A stretch of DNA of 64,000 nt from Proteromonas lacertae (lineage: Eukaryota), in contig NGBS01001182.1 in the NCBI GenBank assembly GCA_002245135.1, positions 1 through 64,000 of the forward strand, given 5' to 3'. Every line of letters starts with the position of its first letter. Within the stretch, counting starts at the first letter, position 1. Below, piece after piece: positions 1 through 13,900 of the stretch. Under the pieces are notes generated by a model. That model was given only the letters and a program-made list of their open reading frames with translations, was not told where the DNA came from and ran no database searches. Both the position numbers and the translations under genes were made by a program.

Positions 1-259
1 GATTATGGATATTGATGAACTTAATTTAGAAGTTAATGGGATAGATGATATGGGGTTGATTGATTTTTCTAGATATTGTCGTATGCTTCCTTATCTTATT
101 AGATTAAATCTTGATTGTATATATATATATATTATATTGTGTATAGTTAATCAATTGTCAATGAAGGGACAAAGCATTTTAAAAAGTGTTCAGACAGAAG
201 GAAGGTTGAGTGACTTGTATGGTTATCTAGAAAGATATTATAGAACTTATGAGTATTAG
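1..259 (+). CDS. 3' end of a leucine-rich-repeat protein (partial)
   Basis: LxxLxLxxNxI-like motifs (IDELNLEVNGIDD, LIRLNLD|FNQLS) across a GT-AG intron at ~117-146; stop at 257-259. Confidence 0.5.
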   Translation, partial: IMDIDELNLEVNGIDDMGLIDFSRYCRMLPYLIRLNLDCIYIYIILCIVNQLSMKGQSILKSVQTEGRLSDLYGYLERYYRTYEY

Positions 260-429
260 TTTACATGGTTAATTTTTTCTTGTTTTTATATTTTTGTTTA
301 TTATTTTATAAATTCAGCATAAGATATAATTTTTAATCATGTTCACTTAATTATTATAAATTAGATAAAGATAAAAATGATAATAAGTGAATTAAGTTTT
401 TATATTGGATAAAAAAGTAAATTTCAGAT

Positions 430-514
430 CCGAACTTAGCTCAGTTGGAAGAGCAACAGACTGTAGAAAGAAAATTGTAATCTGTGGGTCGCTGGTTCGA
501 TCCCGCAGTTCGGA
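430..514 (+). tRNA. tRNA-Tyr (GTA) with 13-nt intron (467-479)
   Basis: Acceptor stem CCGAACT/AGTTCGG, D-arm TAGCTCAGTTGGAAGAGC, anticodon stem ACAGA/TCTGT with CT-GTA-G, intron at the canonical 37/38 position, GGTTCGA T-loop, T-rich tract downstream; T-stem is one base short (possible indel). Confidence 0.92.
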
Positions 515-720
515 TTTCTTTTTCTTTTTTCTTACATTTTCTTTTTCTTATATTAAATTGTTTTCTTAGAAATTTGATGAAATAACATTTAAAATGCAGA
601 AATGTAGGTTGCATAAAAAAAGTAAGAATGTTTTGCAAAAAAGATTTGAACGAACTTTTAGCTTGACTTTTTCTTATCATAAACTTTTTTAAAGATTCTG
701 CTTGTATGAAAAATAATTAA

Positions 721-3700
721 ATGGATTCATGGAGATATTTTGATGTTAATATGTATAGATTTTGTAAAATTATCTTTGTAATAGATATCCTGATCCACCT
801 CTTCAGTTTGCTGTATACATACACGTTATTAGTAATAGATACAAAATAATGATACAGGTAATTGGGATTATTACCATACTGAATATTCAGAAGAAGGTTT
901 TCCTATTTTCTGAATGAAGAAGAGAATCATCGACCTGGGATGATCCTCGTAAAGAAACTAAAGTATTTTTACAAATTATTCTTAGTACTTTTGCGCTCCA
1001 GCTGATTCTTACCCAGAATTTAAATACTCAGAGAATTCCAAAGATTTCAAAGATTTGAAATACAAATACGACAAGCTATTAGAAAGTTATGATAAAGATG
1101 AATGATTTAGAAGAAAAATTAAAAAATGAAATCAAACAAAAAGATACAATTATCAATACTCAGAAACAACAAATCGCAAATCTCTCCAACAAAGAGAAGG
1201 AAAGATTACTTACTGAAAAATACAGAACAACCAAAAAGAGTTGAACAAGTAAAATATCAAATCTCAGGTTTGGGTTTAGCTCAAGATAGTTTATTGAAAG
1301 AAAAACAGGAATTGGAGGAAAGGAATAAATTATTAGAAACTCAATTAAACGAAGAAGTAGAGAAAGCAAAAGGAGTGATGCAAATTGAAATTGATCGGTT
1401 AAAAGAAGAATTAAATACAACTAAAAATACCGATTCAACTTTACAATATAAAAATGAAATCAGTCAATTAAAATCAGAGATTAAAACATTAAAAAGTAAC
1501 ATGGAAGCTGATAAACAATATTATGAGAAAGAAGGACAAGAAAAGATTAGATTAATACAAGAAAATGATCAATTAAGTATATATATATTATTATTATTAT
1601 TATTATATTATTTATAGCTCAAAAATTATATGCTGAAATCATGAAATTGAAGAGAAATATGTGAATGAAATACTCAATTGAAAGAGAAAGTTGCTGATTA
1701 GAATCAAAAGTAGAAAATGCTGTAGCAAATGATGATTATTTAGAGGAATTAGAACATGAATTAGGTAATAATAAGTTAGAATGCAGAGATAGAGATGTTA
1801 AGATTGAAAACTTGACAAAAGAATTGCTTGAGCAGAAACGAGCCTATGAAGAATTATGTATATATATATTTATTATTTAAAATTTATTATTAAATTTATA
1901 GATTCTAATTATACTGCAACAATTCAAGAAAAAGATAAAATGAATATCATCATTACTAAACAACAACGTCAAATCGATGGTTATGCAAGTCGATCAAGAG
2001 AAAACAAATTGACCGAAGAATTAGTATCAATGAAGGATATGGTAATACAATTAAAGAATGATAATAAAGCCAAACAATCTGAATTAAAAGTTCTTCAAAG
2101 ACAAATTGATAATGACAGTAAAGATAATAGTGATATAAATAAAAAGAGTAAAGCATTATCTCAAGAAAATACGAAATTGTTGGAAGAAATATCAAAGATG
2201 AAACACAATTACAAACTCAAAGTGTTGAATTATCTGCAAAGAAAGCTTAGAAAATGAAAGAGATAGTTTGAATAAGATAATTGCAGGAAAAGATCAAAAA
2301 CTGAGTAAATTATCTAAAGATATTGAAAAACTAACTCAGGAAATAAGAACAATTGCAACAGGAGCAAAGAAATTACAAAAAGAGAATGAAATGAAAGATG
2401 TGGAGATTAACAGATTAAAGAAATTATCAGACAGAGGTGGTGTTGTTGTTGGTGGTGGTGCTAGTATTGATGGTGGTAAAAAGGTGGAAAAGATAGTGGA
2501 AATAATAATGTAAATGGAACAACGAAGAATTATAAAGAATTATCAACTGTATATTATTATTATTATTATTATATTTAGCAATTAATGGATGTAAAGAGTG
2601 ACAATATCAAATTAGCAAGTGAAATGATTAAAATCAAACAGGATAGAGATAATTATAAGAAGAAAGCTGATACTTATGATAAGAACCTCTCCGCTTTAAC
2701 AAAGTCATTAGATGTAAGAGATCAATCTGCAGGTAAAACAAAAGAATTATTATCTGAACAAAGGAATAAACTGCAAACATTACAAAAGTCATTTGAAGCT
2801 CAAGTATTGAAGTTGAAAAAGGATTTAGGTCAAGCTGAAGAAACTTTAGCAAAAAAGATGCTGAAACGGCTAAATTACAACAAAATGTAATTACATTGAA
2901 ATCTGAAATGGAAGCAATGAAGAAGAATAATACAAATAATGTAAATGTCATGAAAGAAAACTACAAAAGACAAATGCAAAATAAAGATGAACAAATACAG
3001 AAGTTGGTTGATAAACAAAGTATGTTTATAGAAGCAAGTAAGAATCCTGAAAAGATGAAAAATATTACTCAACAAATAGCAGCTCAAACTAAAGCTATGG
3101 AAGCTATTCAAACTAGTTTGTTCAAAAAGAAAAACAATTGGATAAGAATAGAAGTGAGATTGAAGTGTTGAAGTTAAAGAATGAACAATTGAATGTACAA
3201 ATCTTGTCCTTAACAGCTGATATTTCAATAGCAAAACAGAGTGAGAAGTTGAAGAGAAACAATGAAAGTTTAAAGAGTGAATTAGAATCAGTAACTACTC
3301 AATTAATGACACAAATCCAAACATTAAAAACTGAAATTCATATATTAAAAAATGATCTAAAAGATAAAGAAGATGCTATGAAAGTATTAAGAGACGAGAA
3401 TTCCAATATTTTATCCGTTTTTAAAGAAACTCAAGAAAGAAATTCTAAAGATATGAACGAATTTACATCAAAAATATTAGACAATTATTTGAAACTCAAA
3501 TCTCTATTAGAAGATGATTCATTTATTTCACCATTAGCTTCAGGTACATCAGCTGCTGGAGGAGGTGGTTCTTCTGGTGATCAGAGTTCTTCTCAACAGA
3601 ATGTAATTAATGGAGTAGCAAGAGAAGATTATGATAAGATTAAACATGAATTAGAGTTGTTGAAGATAGATGATTTATCAAAAGCTGATGAAATAAAGAC

Positions 3701-3745
3701 ATTAAGAAGTAGACTTGAATTACAAGGTATATATATATATATATA

Positions 3746-3778
<33 letters not shown>

Positions 3779-4575
3779 AATAGAAACTGAATTTCAAACT
3801 GAGAAAGCTCAAAGAGACAAAATCTTCGAACAGAGAATCAAATCGTATGAATCACAAATTGAATCATTTTCAAAGCAATTAACAGTCAGTGATGTAGAAG
3901 ACAGATTAAGACAACAATTAGCTGAATTGGACTTAAAGAATCAACAATTGAATGAAGAATTATTAACTAAGAAAGAGAATTATCCAATATTCAAAGTACT
4001 TTGAAAGATATGACAAAAGAAAAACAAGAATTGATACAAGAGCATAAGAAAGAAATGAATATTTTATCAAAGAAACATTTGGAGGAAGTAAATGGATTGA
4101 ATGAAGAATTGAAAGCACTTACAAATGTAGCTGGAAGAGTATATATATATATATATTATTTTCTATTTTAGAATGATGTAATAATGTATGAACAAAATAT
4201 TAAAAGATTAGAAGGTGAGATTGATAAATTACATCAAATGAAACTCATACAGCCAAAGTACATGCTAGAGCTATAGAACAATTGAGTATAATAATGATAT
4301 TTAGTTATTTATTATTTAAATAGATACTGAATATCAATTAGAAAAACAAAAAACAGAAAAAATCTACAAGACAGAAATTGATAGTTTAAAGAGTAAAGTT
4401 GCCTTATTATCATCTGATAAAACAATGACAGATAAAGAGGAAGAATTTATGGCTAAAATGGAGGAACAGAAGAATCAAATGAATATTGCATTGAAGGCTG
4501 TAGCTGATAAATCTGAACAATGGAAAAAATTACAGGAAGAATTTGATGAGTATAAAAAGAGTAAAACTGAAGAAA

Positions 4576-4617
<42 letters not shown>

Positions 4618-5286
4618 TAGTTTCAAAAATTCGTATTGAAAATGATGAAAATATCAGAAAATTAAATGAAAAAATAAACAAATTAAAAGAAGAGAATCAA
4701 GAATTAACCAATCAAATCAAAGGAGATACAGTTCCAACAACTGTACAACAACAGTTGGATGAAGTTCAGAAGAAAATAGATGAAAAGGATTATGAAATAT
4801 CTCGATTGAATAAATTAATAGAAGAAAATAGCTCAAAACATAAAGAAGAATGTATATTTACTAATATTGTTAATAATAGTGAGATTAAAAGAAGAAGAGA
4901 TTGAAAAAGAATTAACAGAAATAGAAAAGTGTAAAGATGTGATTAAAGAAAAAGATAATGACTTAAAAAATATAAATGATGAACTGAAATCTCATAAAGA
5001 GAAATATATTTCATTATTCAAAGAAAAGAATGAGTTAGTAGTTGATTATGAGAAGAAAATCAGTGATTTAATGGCCAAGAATTCAAGAATAGTTCAGCCA
5101 CCACCAGGAGGTCATCCAATTGGTCCTCCACCCACTAATAGACCTAGAGGACCACCACCAAGAGGTCCACCACCAGGAATGCCACCTCCACCAAGAGGAC
5201 CTCCTCCAGGTGCTCCTCCAAGAGGTTTTGCTATGCCTCCTTCGCCACCAATTGGTCCACCTCCAGGAGCTCCTCCTCCAATGTAA
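721..5286 (+). CDS. Large multi-exon coiled-coil protein with N-terminal WW-like domain and C-terminal proline-rich tail
   Basis: Consecutive E/K/Q/L-rich ORFs joined by GT-AG introns and several 1-nt frameshifts; W...YF.N....TWDDPR recoverable at ~863-950; PPPRGPPPG repeats at 5098-5283. Confidence 0.7.
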
Positions 5287-5502
5287 TTCAAGAGAATGAT
5301 TTATTTTTTTATGATTATTAATATATTACTTTAATTAACTGTAGTTTTTATTATATACGTTGTTTGTTTTGATGAATATTAATGGAAATGACTAAAACAG
5401 AAGATTGTCCAAAATCGGTCACCCAAAACAACCCCACAAAATTTTAATCGTTTTTTTAAATTCTTTTATTTTTGGTGTTGCAATGAAATTATAATCACAA
5501 AA

Positions 5503-6815
5503 ATGGCAGTATAACCTCTTCTCATTAGTATTATCTAGCTTGAAACTACATCATGTTTTTGCATTAAGCATCTTGTACCAGAAGTTGATAAAGTTTCCCA
5601 AGAGTACTGTGCATCATTTTTTTGTATTTATTACTCATTTTATATCAATAGTAAGTTATCAAGATGTCTATGATATATACAATGTGTATATTTTCGTACA
5701 GAAGTATTACTAACTACTTTTATAATGCTTAGTAATAAGACAATGCTTGCTCCTGTTGATTTAATTCTTCAAAGAATGAATTATATGCCAGATTCTTTTT
5801 CATGTAGTGTGTTTCGAATATATGGTATATATATTTAATAATTTTATTTATTTAAATTAGCTAAAGAAGGGTTGTCATGGAATGATTATTTGAAACTGAG
5901 TTTGCTGTTTGCATTTTGTCCAATTGAAAGATTAATACCTCGTATATATATAATTATAATTTAATATATATAGTAATATTACCAATGTATGGTTATTCGT
6001 TTAATACAATTTTCTTCAAAGATTTAGAAGAGATTTTCAAAGAATTTAATGAAAAATTTTATGATGAAGTTACACTTAAGAATTTATACTTATCTAAAGT
6101 TCCCAATATCCTAGTCCCAGTCAACTCAGATTCCATTGGAGAATTCGTCACAAAAGCACCACAACTGTTTTATCCCATTATCAAATTCAAACAACAAATT
6201 CAGCAAAATCTAATCCCTCGATCAACATTTAATAATGTTTTAATGCGACTGAGCAGAATTGATATATTACGAAAATATAGAGAAACAACTGGTAAAGATT
6301 ACACCACAAAATATATAAAATTTAAAAGTTTTTTTACATGTAGTAAAAACCCATATCATTATGATTATGAAACTGATTGTAACAATGAAACAGGTGGTTT
6401 CGCATATTCCCGCCAACTTTCAAACATATTAAACGATCTAAAGATGATTTATCAACCTAAAGTATTGACAAATCGACAATTAAAGCTAGTACAACAACAA
6501 GGAGAATCATTTACATTTACTCGACCATATTATAACAATAACAATGGTGAAAGAAAGAAATCTCAATTAGGACAAAGATCATCAGAGACATCTACTGAAG
6601 GTAGTTATTCTAGTCCTGTTGTACCATTTAAATTTCCACAAATCACTTATACAACTTCTGAAAATTATAATAATGTTAGTGATGATCAATTGTTCCATAT
6701 TGGTTGTGCATCTTATGCTATTCCGATATTGTATTCTGCTTCTGATGATAAAAGTAATTTTGATACTTCTTCAGCTGCTGTTACTGGTAATAGTATGTTT
6801 ATTCAAAAGAGGTAA
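5503..6815 (+). CDS. Hypothetical multi-exon protein (possibly degenerate EF-hand)
   Basis: ATG GCA|GT two-codon first exon, short GT-AG introns, ends in the 276-aa ORF 5985-6815. Confidence 0.55.
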
Positions 6816-7021
6816 AAAGATGAATAATGATTGTAATTGTCGTGTAAATTTTAGATAGCTATTAATTATTATATATTATATATATAAATCAAATTAAATT
6901 ATTAAATTCTTTATTGTTCTTGTTATTGTTGTTTTTTTATAGAATTATGAAACGATAACATTTTTAGAAATTCTTTTGGCTTGTCAAACACAATTTTGTA
7001 GTTTCTCTCATTTTCACAGCA

Positions 7022-7830
7022 ATGAGTGAATCGCTGAGCGAAACAGATGGTGAACTTCAATCATGGATAGATTGGTTCTGCGATTTACCAGAAAATGTAT
7101 TTTTTTGTCGTGTTGATAGAAGTTATATCGGTATTAATGCTTCTTTTATTTTATAGAAGATACATTCAATTTATATGGATTGAGAGAAGAAATCCAAGAA
7201 TTTAGAAAAGCTTATGAAACAATATTAGATTTAGAGAGTGATAACGGTATTATTAATCATTTTTGACTAATATTTTATTCTATAGAAATAGATTCTGTTG
7301 ATAGTGAAAGTAATGGATTATTCAGACCTGCAGTTGATCTTTATGGTTTGATCCATGCTCGTTTTATAGTAACGGAAAGAGGTTTACAGCTAATGGCACA
7401 GAAATATGTAAATCGTGAATTTGGTGTATGTCCTAGAGTACATTGTCAAAATCAAGCAGTATTACCAGTAGGATTTGATAACAGAATTGGTATTGCAGGA
7501 GTTAAAGTCTTTTGTCCAAAATGTAAAGATATTTATGTACCAAATAAACAAATTTTGAATGGTAGAATTGATGGTGCATTTTTTGGAACAACATTCCCTC
7601 ATTTATTTTTATTAACTTATTCAGAATATATTCCAAGAGAGAAGATAACTACCTATGAACAGAAAGTATTTGGATTTAAAATACATCCTTCATCCGATGT
7701 TTATAGATATAATAGATTTGAATCTTTGCAAAAGAAAATAAATAGTGGTAGTACAAATGCTAAAGAAGATGAGCAACAACAACAAAAATCTAAAATTGTC
7801 AATAATAATAATAATAATCCCAATAAATAA
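7022..7830 (+). CDS. CSNK2B: Casein kinase II regulatory (beta) subunit
   Basis: SWIDWFC...[52 protein letters not shown]; two short introns. Confidence 0.97.
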
Positions 7831-7971
7831 TCTTATTTCACTCTTTTTTTATTTATTTGTGTTCTGGGGATGCGAAAAATAATTTTCGAAAACCTAAAGA
7901 AATGGAGTATTAAGAATGTATATAAACACTATTAAACTCTGCCTCACTTATCTTTTTAATAAATCTTGATT

Positions 7972-10900
7972 ATGTCAGTATATACTTATTATTTTACATC
8001 TATTTCATAGAGGTTCATTATCCTTGCTGTTATTTTAGCATTTGCATCAATCGCTGTTGCTCAGGATCAAAAGTATTTTTAATTTTTATCATTCAATAGA
8101 ATGAACTTTGGTGGAGTAAAATTGGAAAGATCAGCTGATTTAAAGTCGAATATTGCTTTAGGAAAGATCACTTATGATAATTGGGATAAATGTGCAGAAG
8201 AGAAAGCTCATTTCTTAATAATTTGTAAATTTGTTGATCATATTCCAGAAGAACGAGATTTCCATATTGAGAATTACGCTTGGGTTGAGTGTGAAGGAAA
8301 TAAGATAAATATAACTCAAAAAGGTCGAAAAGATAATCTTTTCTCTTGTGAATTAATCCACAATGAAGGTCGAAAACAATATGATATGAAATACAAATCT
8401 CTTCCTTTGTTATCAAAAGAATATGTAATAGAACGAGATGAAGATTTATCCAAATACCATGTTCGAAACAATTTAGCTTTAAACATGCCAGACTGTGATG
8501 CTGAGAAATCTAACTATGAATTATACTGTGGTTTCTTTACTGATGTAGTAAAATCTGAAGAAGTGAAAAAATCCGAAAATAAACGAGAAATAACTGGTGA
8601 TAAAACTCCTTTATCATTCTCTTCTAGTGGTATAGAAGATCATTATATAACATGTTATATATATCGATCATCTGATGGTAAAATAATCGATACTTACAGT
8701 TCTGGTTCACCTAGTTTAAATATTGAGAATTGGTCAATGAAGATAGGAAAAGACTTAAGTAAATATGAATTGCGAGGAGATAATCGATTAGAATGGAAAA
8801 CATGTAATATGAACAATGAAGTAATGGACTTTAGAATAACTTGTGGATTCTATAAAGATGTTCCAAGTCCATCTGATTTGCGAAATAGTTGGGAAATGGA
8901 TATGGAATTAGAATGTGGTGGTTGGCCTTGGCAAGTGATGTGGACAAAAGATGCTTCTTACAAATACTGGGGATGTATGACCTATGATGGAAAAGATAAA
9001 GCTGTAGCTGATTTAAAATATGTTGAAGTACCTAGTTTGATAATGCCAAATGCTGATTCAATTGTAGAGAAAGATAATAAATGGTATGTAAAAGATAAAT
9101 TACAATTTAAATGGACTAAATGTGAAACAGAACATGATGAATATGGTTATGTATGTGAATTCTTCAAGAATATTCCAACATATGAAGAATTAATAGAAAA
9201 GAAAGATAAGATCGGTAATATAAACTGTGTTGAAAACTCAATTGAAGATACATCTGATAATTTAAGTGAAGGATATTTAGTATGTGGAATATTGAGAAGA
9301 TCAACCAATGATGTAATATCAATGGAATATATAAGTAAGAAAAGTATTGATATTCAAGAAATATCCATGTATAAAGATGATAATAAGATCTATGCAAATG
9401 GTGATATAAGATTGAATTGGGCTAAATGTGAAAATGAAAAGAATGATTATGAATTGATTGTAAACTTTTTTGATCATTCTCCCTCTGTAGATGAAGATTG
9501 GTCAGGTAAAAGTATTGAAATAAGCTGTGGTAAAACCAAAGTTGATCATGAATATACCTCTGATTTAAAGAAGATTCACTTTGTAGTAAAATTGGTAAAG
9601 AAAGATAACAAGATAGTATATGATGTAGAATCAATAAAACTACCATCATTTGATATAAGTAAATTAAATGTATCTTTCACCAATAAATACCAAAATCATC
9701 GTATTATATCTGGTTTTATTCCAATCGATTTCCCTAATTGTGAACGAAATCATAATCAGTACAGTATAATCTGTGATTTCTCTACAACCATACCAACTTA
9801 TGAATCATTAATGAATGGATTTAAGAATAAGATTGTATGTGATGCTTGGGAATTAGAAGGATTAACATCCGTTGGAACAGATGATAGTGTATTTGGTTGT
9901 ATGATGATTGAAAATGAGAGTAAAAAGATGGTTGAATTAAAATCAATCGATTTCGATCCTCATCAAAGGTATGATTTATTAATTTTTATAATTTAATAGA
10001 ATGAACTTTGGTGGAGTAAAATTGGAAAGATCAGCTGATTTAAAGTCGAATATTGCTTTAGGAAAGATTACTTATGATAATTGGGATAAATGTGCAGAAG
10101 AGAAAGCTCATTTCTTAATAATCTGTAAATTTGTTGATCATATTCCAGAAGAACGAGATTTCCATATTGAGAATTACGCTTGGGTTGAGTGTGAAGGAAA
10201 TAAGATAAATATAACTCAAAAAGGTCGAAAAGATAATCTTTTCTCTTGTGAATTAATCCACAATGAAGGTCGAAAACAATATGATATGAAATACAAATCT
10301 CTTCCTTTGTTATCAAAAGAATATGTAATAGAACGAGATGAAGATTTATCCAAATACCATGTTCGAAACAATTTAGCTTTAAACATGCCAGACTGTGATG
10401 CTGAGAAATCTAACTATGAATTATACTGTGGTTTCTTTACTGATGTAGTAAAATCTGAAGAAGTGAAAAAATCCGAAAATAAACGAGAAATAACTGGTGA
10501 TAAAACTCCTTTATCATTCTCTTCTAGTGGTATAGAAGATCATTATATAACATGTTATATATATCGATCATCTGATGGTAAAATAATCGATACTTACAGT
10601 TCTGGTTCACCTAGTTTAAATATTGAGAATTGGTCAATGAAGATAGGAAAAGACTTAAGTAAATATGAATTGCGAGGAGATAATCGATTAGAATGGAAAA
10701 CATGTAATATGAACAATGAAGTAATGGACTTTAGAATAACTTGTGGATTCTATAAAGATGTTCCAAGTCCATCTGATTTGCGAAATAGTTGGGAAATGGA
10801 TATGGAATTAGAATGTGGTGGTTGGCCTTGGCAAGTGATGTGGACAAAAGATGCTTCTTACAAATACTGGGGATGTATGACCTATGATGGAAAAGATAAA

Positions 10901-13900
10901 GCTGTAGCTGATTTAAAATATGTTGAAGTACCTAGTTTGATAATGCCAAATGCTGATTCAATTGTAGAGAAAGATAATAAATGGTATGTAAAAGATAAAT
11001 TACAATTTAAATGGACTAAATGTGAAGCAGAACATGATGAATATGGTTATGTATGTGAATTCTTCAAGAGTATTCCAACATATGAAGAATTAATAGAAAA
11101 GAAAGATAAGATCGGTAATATAAACTGTGTTGAAAACTCAATTGAAGATACATCTGATAATTTAAGTGAAGGATATTTAGTATGTGGAATATTGAGAAGA
11201 TCAACCAATGATGTAATATCAATGGAATATATAAGTAAGAAAAGTATTGATATTCAAGAAATATCCATGTATAAAGATGATAATAAGATCTATGCAAATG
11301 GTGATATAAGATTGAATTGGGCTAAATGTGAAAATGAAAAGAGTGATTATGAATTGATTGTAAACTTTTTTGATCATTCTCCCTCTGTAGATGAAGACTG
11401 GTCAGGTAAAAGTATTGAAATAAGCTGTGATAAAACCAAAGTTGATCATGAATATACCTCTGATTTAAAGAAGATTCACTTTGTAGTAAAATTGGTAAAG
11501 AAAGATAGTAAGATAGTATATGATGTAGAATCAATAAAACTACCATCATTTGATATAAGTAAATTAAATGTATCTTTCACCAATAAATACCAAAATCATC
11601 GTATTATATCTGGTTTTATTCCAATCGATTTCCCTAATTGTGAACGAAATCATAATCAGTACAGTATAATCTGTGATTTCTCTACAACCATACCAACTTA
11701 TGAATCATTAATGAATGGATTTAAGAATAAGATTGTATGTGATGCTTGGGAATTAGAAGGATTAACATCCGTTGGAACAGATGATAGTGTATTTGGTTGT
11801 ATGATGATTGAAAATGAGAGTAAAAAGATGGTTGAATTAAAATCAATCGATTTCGATCCTCATCAAAGGTATGATTTATTAATTTTTATAATTTAATAGA
11901 ATGGATTTTAGTAGTTTTGCTCTTTCAAGAACATCAGATTTAAAAACAATTAAAGCTGCTGGAAAGATTACTTATGTAAATTGGCCAAACTGTACTGCAG
12001 AAAAATCCCATTTCTTAGTATTATGCAAATTCTTAGATCATGTTCCTAAAGAAACAGATTTTCATATCGAAGGTTATCAGAAAGTAGATTGTGATGGAAA
12101 TGTATTTAATGTGTCAACTACTGTAAAAGCAAATTCTGTATTTGCTTGTGAACTGATGCAAAAAGAGAATAGAAAACAATATGATATGAAATACAAATCT
12201 GTTCCAACATTATTAAAAGAATATAAAGTAAAGAGAGAAGAAGACTTTTCCAAATTCAAAGCTGAAGGTATGTTAGGTTACACTTGGCCAGATTGCGATT
12301 TAGAAGTTCATAATTATGAATTATTCTGTGGAATATTCGACAATATTCCCGAAACAAATGAAATTCGAAAAGAAGAATATAAACAAGCCATTACTTGCAA
12401 TGGAAATAAGATAAATTTTGAATCTAAAGGTGTTGAAGATCATTATTTGACTTGTTTAATATATCGTAAAACAGATGAGATGGTAATTGATAAAATCAGT
12501 TCAGGAACGCCTAGTTTAAATATTGAGAATTGGTCAATGAAGATAGGAAAAGACTTAAGTAAATATGAATTGCGAGGAGATAATCGATTAGAATGGAAAA
12601 CATGTAATATGAACAATGAAGTAATGGACTTTAGAATAACTTGTGGATTCTATAAAGATGTTCCAAGTCCATCTGATTTGCGAAATAGTTGGGAAATGGA
12701 TATGGAATTAGAATGTGGTGGTTGGCCTTGGCAAGTGATGTGGACAAAAGATGCTTCTTACAAATACTGGGGATGTATGACCTATGATGGAAAAGATAAA
12801 GCTGTAGCTGATTTAAAATATGTTGAAGTACCTAGTTTGATAATGCCAAATGCTGATTCAATTGTAGAGAAAGATAATAAATGGTATGTGAAAGATAAAT
12901 TGCAATTGAAATGGACTAAATGTGAAGCAGAACATGATGAATATGGTTATGTATGTGAATTCTTCAAGAGTATTCCAACATATGAAGAATTAATAGAAAA
13001 GAAAGATAAGATCGGTAATATAAACTGTGTTGAAAACTCAATTGAAGATACATCTGATAATTTAAGTGAAGGATATTTAGTATGTGGAATATTGAGAAGA
13101 TCAACCAATGATGTAATATCAATGGAATATATAAGTAAGAAAAGTATTGATATTCAAGAAATATCCATGTATAAAGATGATAATAAGATCTATGCAAATG
13201 GTGATATAAGATTGAATTGGGCTAAATGTGAAAATGAAAAGAATGATTATGAATTGATTGTAAACTTTTTTGATCATTCTCCCTCTGTAGATGAAGATTG
13301 GTCAGGTAAAAGTATTGAAATAAGCTGTGATAAAACCAAAGTTGATCATGAATATACCTCTGATTTAAAGAAGATTCACTTTGTAGTAAAATTGGTGAAG
13401 AAAGATAACAAGATAGTATATGATGTAGAATCAATAAAACTACCATCATTTGATATAAGTAAATTAAATGTATCTTTCACCAATAAATACCAAAATCATC
13501 GTATTATATCTGGTTTTATTCCAATCGATTTCCCTAATTGTGAACGAAATCATAATCAGTACAGTATAATCTGTGATTTCTCTACAACCATACCAACTTA
13601 TGAATCATTAATGAATGGATTTAAGAATAAGATTGTATGTGATGCTTGGGAATTAGAAGGATTAACATCCGTTGGAACAGATGATAGTGTATTTGGTTGT
13701 ATGATGATTGAAAATGAGAGTAAAAAGATGGTTGAATTAAAATCAATCGATTTCGATCCTCATCAAAGGTATGATTTATTAATTTTTATAATTTAATAGA
13801 ATGGATTTTAGTAGTTTTGCTCTTTCAAGAACATCAGATTTAAAAACAATTAAAGCTGCTGGAAAGATTACTTATGTAAATTGGCCAAACTGTACTGCAG

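Noticed and set aside
441..680. 79-aa minus-strand ORF
   Set aside because: Overlaps the antisense of tRNA-Tyr and AT-rich spacer; spurious.
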